Assembly (NCBI RefSeq): GCF_009914755.1 | Contig: NC_060933.1 | Reading direction: 5' to 3' (one strand) | Origin: the human T2T-CHM13v2.0 reference genome, Homo sapiens | Length of the DNA stretch: 64,000 nucleotides | Part shown: in pieces, positions 28,827-43,275 of the stretch | How positions within the stretch are numbered: position 1 is the stretch's first letter | Layout of the letters: each line of letters begins with the position of its first letter | Program-made: the position numbers and the translations under genes | The notes under the pieces: generated by a model | The model's database searches: none | Told to the model about the DNA's origin: nothing | The model's input: the letters and a program-made list of their open reading frames with translations, nothing else

Positions 28827-30552
28827 GCTAGAAAGCCTTGGTTTCCATAAATTATTCAAACCAAAATTTACAAGAGAAGCATTTAAAAAAATTCTTTATT
28901 GACCTCATTAACCATCCAAAGATGGTAACTTTGAGACTCAAAAAGCCTTATTTTTTGGAATATGTATCTCTGAAAGTATATTGCAAAAAAAGTGTCCTGC
29001 TTTGTGTTTGTGCTACCAGGAGAACTCCCTCAGCATCAGGTATTTAAGATCAAATATTTGAGCTTCAACCTGGAAGAATAAAATGCATGCTGAACCACTT
29101 GGGGTAGTTCCACCTCCATTACCAGCTTCTAAGAAAATGCCAGGTGCTCTCAGGGTGCTACAGAGAAAAGAGCTGAGAACACAGAAGCAGGACACTGGAG
29201 TTCTAGGCTTAGGTCTGCCATCAAAAAAAGTCAGGACCTTGGATAAATGACTTAACTTGTGTGAGACTCAAGTTTCTTTGTCTACAAAACAGAAGCATCA
29301 AACTAGGCAATCCCTGAGGTCATTTCCAGTTCAAAGATTCTGAAACAGATGAATGATATGTTTTATCATTTCCTCTTCATTTCTGCTGCATTGAATAAGT
29401 ACAATTTGGGGAAGAGGAGGGAACCATAAAGACTTTTCTCATTGGTGGGCAGGCTGCACTTTCAGGATCTGCACCAACATGCCTGGAGCCAAGATTCTCC
29501 AGCTTCTCTCATCCTGTAGTCTTCTGCTTCTTACAGTGTGATAGCCTGGTTTTGCAGACTTTCACATTACAGCTCCTCACCAAGTCACCCCAAAGCAGGA
29601 ACAAATTTTCTTCTGTACACATCTACATGGGATATCATGCCAACTGCACTTCTGCTCCCCGGTGTGGGAGAGAAATGCCATCTGGATGCTTCTCCAGGCT
29701 GGCTTAGCCACACTTCTGTGGGACCACAGCCTCCTCCTGCCCAACAACCCCAAGGGACAGGGTGGAGAGGCACCCAGCTCATTTAGTCACCCTGGAAATG
29801 GAGGAAACTGGAAAATCCAAGCATAAAGGAAATACCTCTGGGTTTCAAAGATGGGAAAGAAAGGGCAGGTGCAAACCAGTGTAGGGGGACTTCCTAAATA
29901 ATTTAGCTCATGGTGATCTTTCCTTAAAAAGTGGGAGGCAACACGTTGAGAATGCTGAGCTTTAGATATGCAGCATATTTGAGGTTTAGGATGGGCAATG
30001 ATTTGTGTAAATTGTGGTAGTGTGAAGTCCAACATGGCAAGAGAATATTTAATTCTTAAGAATGACTGCATATCGTCACCTTAATGGAGGTGTGTACTCT
30101 TGAGCCAACAATGACTAAGTCCTTCATTCCTCTGCATGGCCCTAGAGAGTAATGGCCCCATGAAAGGTCAGCCCGGAGTCAGGCCAATGGGAACGGGCCA
30201 AATATGATGAATACAGGCAGGAACAGAGAACTTGTAAGAGGATGAGATGACAGAGTTTGGCCAGGTGATTAAAAGGATGAGATGACAGAGTTTGCCCAGG
30301 CAATGGCACAGCATCCTGCTTGTTAAGGTGACGCTCCAGACCTAATCAATGACTCTCCTGAGAGCACATAACTCAAAGTGGAGCCCAGCTGTGCTCATGC
30401 CATGGCCCAGGCAAATCTGTCTGAGTGAGATGTCTAAGGAAGTGAGAATGTCCTTCTTTAATGCTGTATGTCACTACACAAAGGGATGTTATAGGGGATT
30501 TGGAAAAGCCAGCTTTTAAAGCCACCTGGAACCCACAGTGATCATCCACTCA

Positions 30553-30699
<147 letters not shown>

Positions 30700-30892
30700 T
30701 TAACTTCACAGGTGTCTGACCCAGCTATAGAAATCATGAGGGGGAAAATTACGGTAGAATTTGAGGGTGCCCTGTGAGCATAAGACAGCAATGGAGTAGA
30801 AATGGAAGACTCAAACAGAGGCACAAGCCAAAGGCCACTTATTTGCAAGCAGAATTTTGAAATTTAAGTGGCTGCCCATCCCCACCCCCTCA

Positions 30893-30994
<102 letters not shown>

Positions 30995-32227
30995 TTAAGA
31001 AAAAGCAAAGCACAGGTGGTTAGGACATTGGAAAGTCCACTTACAACATGCTATAGAGGTGTGGTGATGGGGTATTTTTACTGCAAGAAAGAAATGTAAT
31101 TTACCTTGTGACTCAGCCTGCATTGTGCACACAAAATATAAGAAAAGCTTCACAAAAGAATAGTTACTTTCACTATGTGTATTGCATTCTAATATTTTCT
31201 ACGCTATTTCCTTTCATTCTTTTTAAATTCATGACCCACATACTGGGTTTCATAATTCATTAGTGGGTCACAACCTGCAAAAAGGACTGGGCAGTGATGA
31301 TCAGAAGGAATTCTCCCCTAATTTCTATCTGAAGATATGGAGAAGAGGGAATTTTGTGACATGGCATCAGGAAGTTCGTGGTTGTTAGGGCACTTTGCTG
31401 CCTATTCCTGTATCCACAGTGAGGCAGAAAACAGCTTCCTGGCAACAGAGGTCACTGACTATGCCACGAAGAACTCACTGTGCATTGCCCAAGTGAGGGA
31501 ACAAGGGTCCCGCATCACCACAGGAATGGTCACTGGCTTCTGTGTCACCATGACCCAGTGCCCTTTAAAAGAACCCACAGTGGTAGATGACTAAGATACA
31601 CGAGGCAGAAGCTGCCCAGACAAGAACTGATTCAGCACCTCTGAGCCCTACTCGTAAATAAGAGCAAAACAACAACACTCTGAAAAGCAGCCTAGAGCCT
31701 GGGCTGCCGGAAGGCTGCACACAGGGCACTAAATTACTGTGACAGCTGAGGATGGCTCTACAGCAGTCATGTTAAGCCTTGTACAATTAAATCCAACAAG
31801 TTAGAAAGAACAGGTCTCAGAGAGTTCAGCATCGTTTAAAATATTGATAGTCACAAAATCTTAAACACACACAGACAAAATCAATATGATCTGTAGCATC
31901 CTGAGCAAAGACATGCACGGAGCCAGGGAAGTTTCAGCGCAGTGATCCCCACCCTTGAGCCTCTTGAAGCTTCCTTTATTCACTCAGCAATCATTAACTG
32001 AGTGCCATCCCTGCTCTACACACCAAGGTAAGTACAAGAAAGACACATGGCTGATCTAGCCTGGGGGCCAGAGAAGATGCCCTGAGGAAGGGACATCTGA
32101 GTTGAGATCCAGAGGCTGAAAGGTGTTAACCAGGGCACGGTGCAAGTGGTGGTGGATATACCCAGCAGAGGGCCAGCAGGCGCAAAGCCATCAGCCTAAA
32201 CATCTAGAGAACTCAAAACACTCAATT

Positions 32228-32525
32228 ATTCTAAGTTAAGCAACTCAGGAATGGAAAACCAAAAATTCTATATTCTCACTTCTAAGTGGGAGCTAAGCTA
32301 TGCATATGCAAAGGCATACAGAGTGATATAATGGACTTTATAGACTCAGAAGGGGAGGGTAGTAGGGGCCAGGGATAAAAACTACACATTAGGTGCAATA
32401 TACACTAATTGACAGGTGCTCCAAAATCTCAGAATTCACCACAATATAATTCATCCATGTAATTGAAAACCATTTGTACCCCAAAAGGTATTGAAATTTT
32501 TTAAAAATATATAAAATACATTTTT
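32228..32525 (+). mobile_element. L1PB4/L1MA-type 3' end
   Basis: ctcaggaatggaaaaccaaa...aagtgggagctaagctatg; TSD-like aaaacactcaat / aaaagactcaat. Confidence 0.85.
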
Positions 32526-33984
32526 AAAAGACTCAATGCACATTTTCCCATGTTATTATTACTACACACACACATATTTTTTTTCCTTTCCTAATAAAGA
32601 TAAGTGAATGTACAGATGTACGAAGGAGAATAAGGCAAACTTGGACAGAGAGCCAGAATCCAATTTCCCAGGACCAGACCTTAAGTGGTCCTTGTTAAGG
32701 ATCTTGGTCTTTATCGAGAGAACAATGGAAAGCCATAGGAACAATCTTTTGCAAAGAAGCCCCTTCCCACCACCTGTGTAAACAGCCAAAGATGACACAG
32801 AAGGGCACTGGACACAAATATTAAGCAGGGAGAGTAAGATGGGCAAGGGAGGGCACAGGGCTTGGCAGGGGGATCCTGTCAGGGCAGGGCCCAGAGAAAA
32901 TGGTACAGGACCCCTGAGGACACACAGAGGCACGTGAGAGCCATGGCCCTGGGGGGGGCCCTGCAGTGTGCTGGCTGGAGCTTCCTTCCAGACCACACCC
33001 ACTCACGAGGCTAGAAACCCCCAGCAAGCTGCATTGAGATGGTCCCAGCTGTGCCCTCCACCTCCTATGAGGACATGCCTGCTCTGGGTCCATCTGCACC
33101 CCCTAAAACTCCCCACTAGCCCTACAGAGCTGTGGCCTGACACTTTATCTACTGGAGCCTGAGAAAAGGACAATCACCTCTGCCCTCTCCCCATCTTCTT
33201 GGAAGGGTTGCTCCCAAGTCCTCAAAGATTGGGAGAAGAGAAAGCTTTAAAGAAGCTTCTATTTTTTATTGTGTATGTGTTTTTTTTTAATTCCAAGTTC
33301 CTAAAGATCCTTGGGACAAAGTGGTTGGCTTACAAAAAAAAAAAAGATTGAGTTTCTTAATTGGGTTTTTAAAATTCAAACTCAACACTTTGCCCATTCT
33401 ACAGAAGCGACACGTGAAGCCGGCAAAGCCGGCGCAGGTGTGAGTCAACCTCCTGGCCACTCAGGTGGCTCTTTTTCACTAGTTTGGCCTTAGCTCTGGC
33501 CCTTCCAGGCCCCAGGAGGAAGCCACTATCATCGGCTTGAACCCAGACTGGCCTCTTAGAGGGAAGTCTCAGTCTCAGTACTGCTTCCCAAAAACCCTCA
33601 AAGTGACTCAAAAGAAGCAGGTCAAAAGATACATTTCACAAAGATGGCCAGTAGCTGTATGCTCAGGATGAGCAGAGAGAAAAGACTGTGCGTCTTTCTG
33701 GCTGCGGGTTCCCCTGGAGGAGTATCTGCAGGTGATCTGATTTGCTCAGAGACAGTTGCCTCAGAGCATTCCCACGAATCCCCTGCCCTCCCAAATGTCC
33801 AGGTGAACTCCCAGAATGTTTCAGCTGAGATTTTTAATGAAACGTTAACAGGCAGTTTATTCTGAGAGCTCAAATGACACCCATGCACTGGGAATTGGGA
33901 AACAAGGCTGTAGAGGGGAGGGGAATGGAGAGAGGAGAAAGAATGGTGGCCAGGTTAAAGTACATGAATCCGGAGTACCAGATC

Positions 33985-36320
33985 CCAAACCTGGCCGGGC
34001 ATCAGACACCTGGAGTAGGTATAAAAAACACAGGTTCTCAGGCTTGATCATGAGAGATTCTGATTCAGTGGGTCTGAAGAGGGGCTTGACTTTAATCAAG
34101 CACCTTAAGGGGATTCCAAGAAGTCCACTTACATTGGAGAAACTCTGTACCCCCAAATTCTCCTAGGATGACCCAAGAGGTGACATTTCACCTGAAAGAA
34201 CAGTGGTCCAGATTCCTATTCACGTCTGGTTCTGTGACCTTGGTCATGCCATGTGGCTTTGCTGAGCCTCGGTTTCTCTACATATTATTAAAGGGGGAGG
34301 GTGTCATAATATTTCATAGTACTCTCAGGAGGGTTACACAAGAGTAAATGATTTGAAAGCACCTAGCATCATACCTGCTCATTATATAATAGTTTCCCTT
34401 CCTCCCTTCCCACCTTCCTCCCTCCCTAATATCAATCTCAAACCTCTTCATCGCCTTCTCACTATGAAGCTACCAAAGCCAATCCTCTAAATTATGGAGG
34501 TTCCAGAAAACCATGTTAAACACTCTGAAAGCAAATAAAAGAGCTCTAACTCCAGCCAAAATGTTCTGAGCACTCTGTTTACCAGACTCTCCCATCAACA
34601 GCAAGCCCAGGGAAGAGTATTCTTCCCACAGAAAGCAATGAGTTCACAGCCTCATTGGAACAGCAATTCGCTCTCCTACAGCCTTCTGCCTTCCTTTCCA
34701 CCCGCCGTCTCCCACTTCAACTTCCAACTCCCCATCAAAGTCCCAACACAAGAAGTATGACTATGCCCAAACATCTGACCTCACAAAGAAATCCAGATCG
34801 TCTCTGCAGGAGCACACCTCCCCTCTCCCCAACCTGCAATTTCTCCTCTGAACCCTGCTATTCCAGGGGCTTGAAGATCAGGATAGGTACTGGGGGGACA
34901 TTGGGTGGTGCTCCAAGAGGCCACCTCTAGAATTAACAACACTATTTCCCATTGAAGTCATAATTTAGAGTTCCTGGAGTAACCATAACAATAACAGCAT
35001 TTACTACTGAGCCTTTAATATGGGCAATGCCCCATCCAAAGCACCTTTAATATACAATTCATTTTATCCTCACGGCTCTCTACCAGGAGGAAGGGATCCG
35101 CATTTTCACATAAGGAAAATAAGGCACAGAGAGGTTTAATCACTTTACCATGGTTCCATGATAGAAGCTGCAGGAACCAGGCTATAAATCCTAGTCTGTC
35201 TGATTTCAGTATTTAAAAAATCATGCTCTAGTCGTACTGGCTCTCAAATTTTAGTGAGCAACAAATCACCTGGAAGGCTTTTTAAAACACCTGTCTCTGA
35301 TTCAGTAGATCTGGGGAAGAGCCCAAGAATCTGCATTTCCAAAAAATCCCGGGAGTGATGATGCTGGTCCAGGGACCTGATGGGAGAATCACTGAACTAA
35401 AGCAATGTCTTAACCCCTCAATGGCATGTTAGCAATAACTGGGAAACTTCTAGCACTGCCAACACCTAGGTTCCTCATCCCAGATTCAGATTTCTCAAAA
35501 TAACAGCTTTGTCGAGATATAATTTACATACCTTAAATTTCACCCTTTTAGATTGTACACTTTGGTGGGTTTTAGTATAATTCATGAAGTTAAAAAAAGA
35601 AATTACGAAAATCAATCACCACTATCTAATACGAAAACATTTTCATCACCTCCAAAAGAAACCACCTGTCACTGCAATGGGTATTGGCAGTCACTCCCTG
35701 ATTCCCCTCCTCATCTCACCACTCCCAGCCCTAAGCAACCGCTCATCTAGTTTATATATTTGCCATTTTAGATATTTCATTTCAATGGACTCATGCAATA
35801 TGTGGTGCTTTGTAAATGGTTTCTTTCACTTAGCATACTGTTTCCAAGGCTCATCCAAGTTGTAGTATCAGTTCTCCATTCCTTTCTATGGCTGAATGAT
35901 ATACCATTGTATGGATATACCGCATTTTGTTTATCCATTCATCATTTGATGGACATTGGATTGTTTCCACTTTTTGGCTATTACGACTAATGCTGCTATG
36001 AACGCTTGTGCACAAGTTTTAATGAAGAGCCAGATTCCACTTTAATTGGGTCTGGGGTAGGATGCAGGGACCCATAGCACTGGTATTAATAGTTTTTAAA
36101 AGCTCCTCCAGGTGATGTTAATGTAGTCAGGATTGAGAACTGCTGATTTAGAACCTTATTACTTGGAGTGTGGTCTACGGACCCACCGCACAGTATCCCC
36201 TGGAATTTATTAAAAATATGGACTCTCATGCCCACCCCAGACCTTTTGAATTAGAATGCACATTTTAACCAGCTCCCCAGCTCATTCATGTGTGCATTCA
36301 AGTGTGAGAGGCACTTGTTT
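33985..36320. mobile_element. Repeat cluster: MER5A copies (about 33990-34145, 35235-35395, 36150-36320), a MER5B-like copy split by a minus-strand L1MB (about 35495-36020), and MIRs
   Basis: gattctgattcagt / aatctgcattt MER5 motifs; gagatataatttacatacc...cattttgtttatccattcatc L1MB 3' UTR. Confidence 0.75.
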
Positions 36321-38624
36321 AGGGAGCTAGTCTGGGTTCTTACCTACCAAGCATAACACTGTTCCTTTGACAAAATGTACACCAAACTCTGAATAAGAAA
36401 TGTATTAGGAACTGCTTTTATCCCTTGCACACAATTCCAAAACAAATTGGGAACACAGTGTCATACAGCCTCAACCATGTATCCAGTACACAGCAAAAAC
36501 TGTGAGATAAAGATGCTGTTAATGAAAACATCAGTGAGCCACTGAATCCCTCAATGCGTCCAGTGTGCTTTCAGTGAACCAGCACCCAGAAACAGTGAGC
36601 TCTGGGGTTGGCAGCACCATGACAGACCACACATGGTATAAAGGAAGCTCTTAAATGGTGAATAAGTCTGTGTTGGAGATCCCCTGGGGTCTGGAGTAGG
36701 CGGGAAAAATCAGAGTTTCTGCGTCTGGGCTCCATTCCCAGGCAGATCTCAGAGCCAGGGCTTTCAAAACAGATCTGTGGCCCTGGGCCAGCTGACAACC
36801 AGCAGCGCATTTGCGTCCTAAAAGCACACTGGGGAATTCGCAAGCAGAGGCCCCGGGCCTCCCCGCTCCCATGCAGGTGAAGTAAAAATGGAAGGAACAA
36901 ACCATCTAGGAAACAAGATTAGGGCCTTGCTCTGCCAGCTGAAACCATTAAAATGCAGGGCCAGCAGGACAGAGCTAGAAGCAGGGCCAGGACCTCTGCC
37001 CAGGGAAGGGTGGTCACAGTGAAGGAAGCAGGCATACCCCTGAGGTTACCATAATCAGAGTCTTCCCAATGAAAAGGAGTGGGCTCTTCATCCAACTGCT
37101 GCTCAAAATACTCTCATCATTAGCAGAGGGGGCAGTAATACAGCAGCAGCTTCTGCTCATCAATGGTTCATATGCCTGGCAGAACTGAGCACAGCAAGGC
37201 AGGTAATTCAATCTCATTTCACAGATGAAAAATAAAGATGAGGCTCCAAGAGATTAACAGCTTTGTTCCAGGCCACACTGCTATAAATGACAGAGTCAAG
37301 ACTTAGAACCAAGCCCATTGACTTCCAAAGCTCACACTCATTACACTATGCCCCAGTGGTACAAGCAAATGCACCCAGGTCAGTCCCAGGCCCATTCATT
37401 CTACAGGTGAGGAGGCTAAGACCAGACAGCACTAAAGTGACCTGGCCAAGGTCCCACAGCTGGGCCAGAACAAGTGATACTTCCCCTCCTTCCTCAGGAA
37501 CAAGGATGGTTATGGGATAATGGAGGAACAAAATGTTCAGGCAAATCTCAGACGGCTATAAATATTCAGGTTTAGAAGTCGAATGAGATGAGGGTAGCTT
37601 GGTTAACTATAGCCAAAGTGCCAATGCAAAGACTGGTCAACCATATACAGTTTGTCACTTGTGCTCACAGCTAAACCCTCCAAGTCTTCTGAAGCATCCA
37701 CAAGTGACTGGAAGGGACTTCTCTGACATGCCAAGTTGACCTACCTAGTTCATGATAAAATTACCAGAATACCTTCCTTACTAGCTGCCAGCTAATCTGC
37801 TTACCCAAAATGTGTAAAACACATTTTCCATATTGCAGGTTTTTTCTCTCCCTTTCTCCTCTCAATTTTGTTTTTGCCTTTATTTAACTCTGTCTCCCAA
37901 CTGACTTCCTCATATATGATAAAACAACGTGCGTGAAATAGCAAATGAATGTCTCCAAGTTATTCTTTGATACGGACCCAGTGATTTCACTAAAGTATCT
38001 TCAAGGCTGTGCCAAAGTCCTTCCAAGCAAAACTTGCTGTGTGGCTCTAAAGGAAGGCCTGTCTGCTAGGTGTTCTCCTGTATCACCCCCTCCCATAGGT
38101 CTGTCTGCACGTAAAGAATGATCAACCACACCTACTGCACCTCTGTTGCCTCTTTCACACTGGTCAAGCCATCCGTGTCTGGCCTCAAGACCTCCTGGTC
38201 CCTTATCACCTCTTTTTCTACCTCATCTACCCTCTGCTCCAACCTTGTAGCCACTCATGTCCCACAAAATGCATCCTCCACATTCCTGCCATGGTACCCT
38301 ACGGGAGCTTGGATGTCCTTCCTCCACCTAAAAGGGTCTTCTACCTCCTAGCTCCCCTGGCAGCAAGATTCACCCTCTCCTCTGGATTCCTCTCTAGCTT
38401 TTTTCTTTTTTTTTCATTTCCCCCTTGGTCTCTTACATGAAATAACAATCTCCTGAGGACAGGAATCATGCCTTATCAATCTGAGCTAGTAAATGTGTTT
38501 TCAATGCCTGAGATCTTCAGGAAATAAAAAAAGCAGAAAAAGTTCCTACCCTCAGAGAGTTCAAACTGATTACAGATCTGACATGTTGGTATGGAAAAAT
38601 CTACAATCCAACAGAAGTCTTGGA

Positions 38625-39650
38625 GAAAGGAACAAGGGAGAGTAACTCCTCAGTGAGTATATAGTTTCCTTCTGGGATTGATGAAAATGTTTGGAAATAG
38701 ATAGAAATGATGGTTGGACAACATTTTAAACATACTCTGCCACTGAATTGTACACTTTAAAATAATTAATTTTATGTTACATGACTTTAACCTAAATACA
38801 AATCATGAATACAGGTTAAAAAAATAGAAATCAGATCTAGTACAGATACATAGTACAGATATATAAAATTCTGTAATAAAATCATGTCATGGTAGATCTT
38901 GTTTTTGCCTTGTTTCTTCACTCCATTTTTAATTCCCTCATATGCAAGAAAATATTCACTGAAAATAACTAACTGAACATCTGTAAGTTATCCTTTGACA
39001 GGAAACAGATGGTTTCATTCAAGAAAGAACAGAAGAGTTCCAAAAGCTTAGGCACTGAAAACAATGTGTCAGGTCCTCAAAAAGCTAAATATAGAGTTAC
39101 CCTATGACCCAGCAGTTCCATCCTAGGTATATGCCCAAGAGAACTGTCCACACAAAAACTTGTATCCAATGCTCGTAGCAGCATTACTCATAGTAGCTAA
39201 AAAGAGGTAACAACCCAAGTGAGCATCAACTGATGAATGGATAAACCAAATGTGGTCTATTGAAACAATGCAGTGTCATTCAATCATAAACAGGAATAAA
39301 GTACTGAGACATGTTATAATATGGGTGAACTTTGGACACATTTTGTGACAACAGGCACAAATGGCCACATCGTTTATGATTCCACTTATATACAACTTAT
39401 AATAGGTAAATCCATAAAAACAGAAAGTAGATTAGTGGTTGCCAGAGATTGGGGGGAGGAGGAAATGGGAAATGACTGCTAACTGGCATAAGGTTTATTT
39501 TGGGAAGGATAAAAATATTCTGGAATTAGATAGTGATAATGGCTATATCACTTTGTGAATTACACTAAAAACCACAAAACTGTATACTTTAAAAGGGTAA
39601 ATTTTACGGCATGTAAATTAGATTTCCATTTAAAAAATTTTTTTTAAAAC
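38625..39650 (+). mobile_element. Two L1MB 3'-end fragments (about 38625-38830 and 39075-39650)
   Basis: gccactgaattgtacactttaaaa; gaaagtagattagtggttgccag...tctggaattagatagtg. Confidence 0.8.
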
Positions 39651-40609
39651 AAAATAAAAAATCACTAAGGCTCCAACTAAAGACTGAGAGCATCAAACCC
39701 TCTGTGTTTCCCTCTCTGAACTCTCATGTGGGTGAAGGCTTCTAGACATGTAGATTTTCCGAAGGCCAACTGGTCTCCTTCCTTATCAGTCCCCAAACAT
39801 GCAGGAGGCACACAAAGACCTTGAGGTGGTGGTGGTCACAGGAAGGTCTACTGGTACACATCACCTTCTCCAATCATTCCTAGCACAGCATTTTGTGCGT
39901 CATCTCACCCAGTGGTGTTCAAATTATGCTCCTGGGTTTTCCCAGGGCTGATGGGTTTCCTGGGACATGGGGATGTCAGTGCTAAACTTAGGAAAGGCAT
40001 AGGCAACCTGGACAACTGGTCACCCAAGCTCCTGAAAAGCAATGAACAATGGGCAAAGACCCTTCAATCTCCAATCCCATCCAAGGCCCCATCTACCACC
40101 ACAACTTCTCTTTTTATCTCCTTTACATGCTGGACTTTGCCTATACTTCAGATTAAGGAAAAGTATTCTGTGGCCGAAACTGGTTTCAAAATCATTATCC
40201 AAGCCATCATTCTCCTGATGGTTCTCATCAGCCAAAGCCCAGGAGGTTCAGAGACAGCATTTTCAGGGAGATGAGTCTAATCAGGAAGACAGAATCTCAC
40301 TGTAAGGGGCAGGGGGACTGATCAAAAGCCACCTGGATGAGGTCCAGGGGTGTACAGTGCTGATGGCCTGAGCAGGGCTGGACTAGGTTCTTAGTTGCAT
40401 CCACTACCACTGCCTTTCCAGTCAGCAAGCGTCTCTCAGAGAAGAAGGTGTAACTCCATGCACAGATCTCAGTTTGAACTTCTTTTGAAACCTGAGAGCT
40501 TTACAGATGGTTTCTGAAGTCTTGTCCAGCACCTACTTTCTATGATCCTAGGCTCTGACAGCATTCCACCCATAAACCTTTGGCTCTATTTTCAATACAC
40601 TGAAGCCTT

Positions 40610-41030
40610 CTTACTATGAACACAGGTGACTCTCTGCCAGAGGTCTCTTTTTCTGGTTGTGAAAGCACATCCAACCCATACTCAGAGTAAGCCAGAAATA
40701 TCAGAGAGTATTAATTCTGGCCCCCAAAGCAGGCTTCAACCAAAATAAATGGCGAATTGGTAGATAAACAGCCCCACCTCTTTGCCCATCAGCAGGAGAA
40801 CTGTGAGGCATATTATACCATGTCCCAGAGTTCCTAAGAAGATCTGAGCCCAGTTGTCCACAGTAGTGACCTGCTCAATAATGCATCTTATATTGCTTCC
40901 CCATCTCACCACCCCCCACCACTCCCCTACTGGTATGTCCATTGATTACATCCCAAATAAGCTACTTGTACCAAACTATCTCAAGGTCTGCTTTGTGGGG
41001 GTGGGGGGAGGAGGGCAACCAAAAATTGAT
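40610..41030 (+). mobile_element. LTR16-like ERVL solo LTR
   Basis: gagcccagttgtccacagtagtgacctgctc...cccaaataagctacttgta...tctcaaggtctgctt. Confidence 0.7.
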
Positions 41031-41064
41031 CCTGTGACATATTTTGTGGAAATAGCTATTTGAA

Positions 41065-41066
<2 letters not shown>

Positions 41067-41110
<44 letters not shown>
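41067..41110. repeat. (AC)22 microsatellite
   Basis: Perfect dinucleotide run. Confidence 0.98.
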
Positions 41111-41113
<3 letters not shown>

Positions 41114-41341
41114 GGCCCACAGCCATTCCACAGGAAACATCCAACATAGAGCTCAGAACTCGGTCAGGCCAACAAGCCAACAATCACCGGGAGTCACCCT
41201 GAACAATGCACAAAATTTTAATTTACTTAAATATAACTTTTAAAACTGTATTAAAAGAAATAAATATGCAGCCATTTGCAAAACATAAAGAATTCCATGG
41301 GTGCTTTTAAAAGCTATAATTAAATGAATAAAAGCCACTTA

Positions 41342-41431
<90 letters not shown>

Positions 41432-42231
41432 CTAATTAAAAAATAACAAAACAAGAAAAGGCACGTAAAATACCATTTACATTTTCCATGGGTTTTTTTT
41501 TTTCAGGTGTTTACCTCTTTGTATCCTATCTCCTATTACACAGACTTGAAGTAACTTAACATATTGCTATGTTATTTACAGTGTTATTAACATGGTATTC
41601 ACCCCTCCCTCACCCTTTGCAGATATCACTAATGTATCTAGGACCTGTTTCTGATCAAAATCAGCCTCACAATGCTTCTCAACACTCCAGGCATCATCTA
41701 CCTCTCTGTCACACTGGAATTAGCCTAAAAACATATTTGCCATCCTTGAGGAACTAGTACTTGGGCTGAAAACTCATGACAAGAAAACCCGCAAATTTCT
41801 AGAGCTACCTCTGAGGCTTAATATTTTGTTAATGGTCTCCGCACAAATGCATTCCCTGGTGAATCCACAATCTATATCTAGTAACTCCCTTGTTTTAAGA
41901 CTCTCTGGACTAATAGGCTCTGTTTATAACACTCTAATGAGCACTGGTTGTTGAATATTTAGCTTTGTAAGTATTCTTTATTTGTTTCACATGTCTGTAT
42001 CTTGGCAAAAAGAGGTAGGGAGAGGTTCCATCTTTTATTTCCAAAGTCTATCCCAGTCTGTTTTGCACATGGGGGTGTACAATCAGCATTGCTTACTGAC
42101 TTTATTGTTCAATGTACAAACCCAGTACTCATTTGTTTGCCTCTAAAATATTTTTAGCATATAGCTTTCATTATCACCATACACTTCAAAGTCATGGTCT
42201 TTGGCGACTACAATACTAAAGGCATATTTTA

Positions 42232-42435
<204 letters not shown>

Positions 42436-42799
42436 TCAAAAATGCCAGGCAGATTGCAGTGAAACAAGGTATTATCATTGGTGAAGGTCTAATGGGCAGT
42501 GAAAAGCCTCGAGTGAATTATACAGCAATTCTCTTCCCAAGAGAGGATCCGCACAGAGCTCAGAATTATTTATTCTATTATTTACAGTCAGGCTGCATCG
42601 TTCTTCCAAGAAGCTCTAGTGTTCGTGAACATTAATGATCAGAACAATATTAATTGCCCAGCCCACTTAGCAAGGTGGGAAGAACGTGGTGATTTCAGAT
42701 TCAGTTAATGAAATGATGCGGATTCACAGTATCTGACTTTCTCCTCCTTCTGCATCCATTTCCAAGAAGCAAATCCACTGCACTGCAAAATGTTCACTC

Positions 42800-43275
42800 C
42801 TGTTTTCCCTGTTTACAAAAGAATTGTGTTCTTATATATTGGAGTTCCCATTCTTTTCAGCAAGGACCGGTTTAAATAGAAACATGTGACCCAATTCTGT
42901 CCAATTAGGTATACAGGAAGTCTCCTACAGGGCTTCTAAAAAATTATCCTTGTTTGAAAAGGAGACACATGGAAGGGGCTGCTCTCCTCCAGGCTCCGGG
43001 CATTGCCATGGGGAGATGTGCAGGCCAGTCCCGCACATGCCCATCTCAGGAGCAGGAGCCTCAGGACCAATGCGCCTGACTGAGAATGGCAGAGAAAAAA
43101 AAAAAAAAAAACAGAGACCTAAATCCTTCCCGGCATTTAAGTTAATAGGCAGTTAAGTTAACAGACCAGGGAACTGCTCCACGTTTGCTCTGTGAGCTGA
43201 TTAGTCCTCTTATTTGTAAGCCATCATGAGTAGACATTCCTACTACCTTTTGCCAAAAGCATCTTCACGGATACA
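42800..43275 (+). mobile_element. Old MLT1 (J/K/L-like) LTR
   Basis: catgtgacccaattctgtccaat...ggaagtc and 3' end taagcc...aaaagcatc...gataca. Confidence 0.6.

Noticed and set aside
29585-29782. Minus ORF ending ...KFVPALG with a phase 2 TGG|gtgact that could splice in frame to the 22532 acceptor
   Set aside because: The donor is weak, competing donors nearby are out of frame, and there is no promoter or acceptor evidence; needs transcript data.
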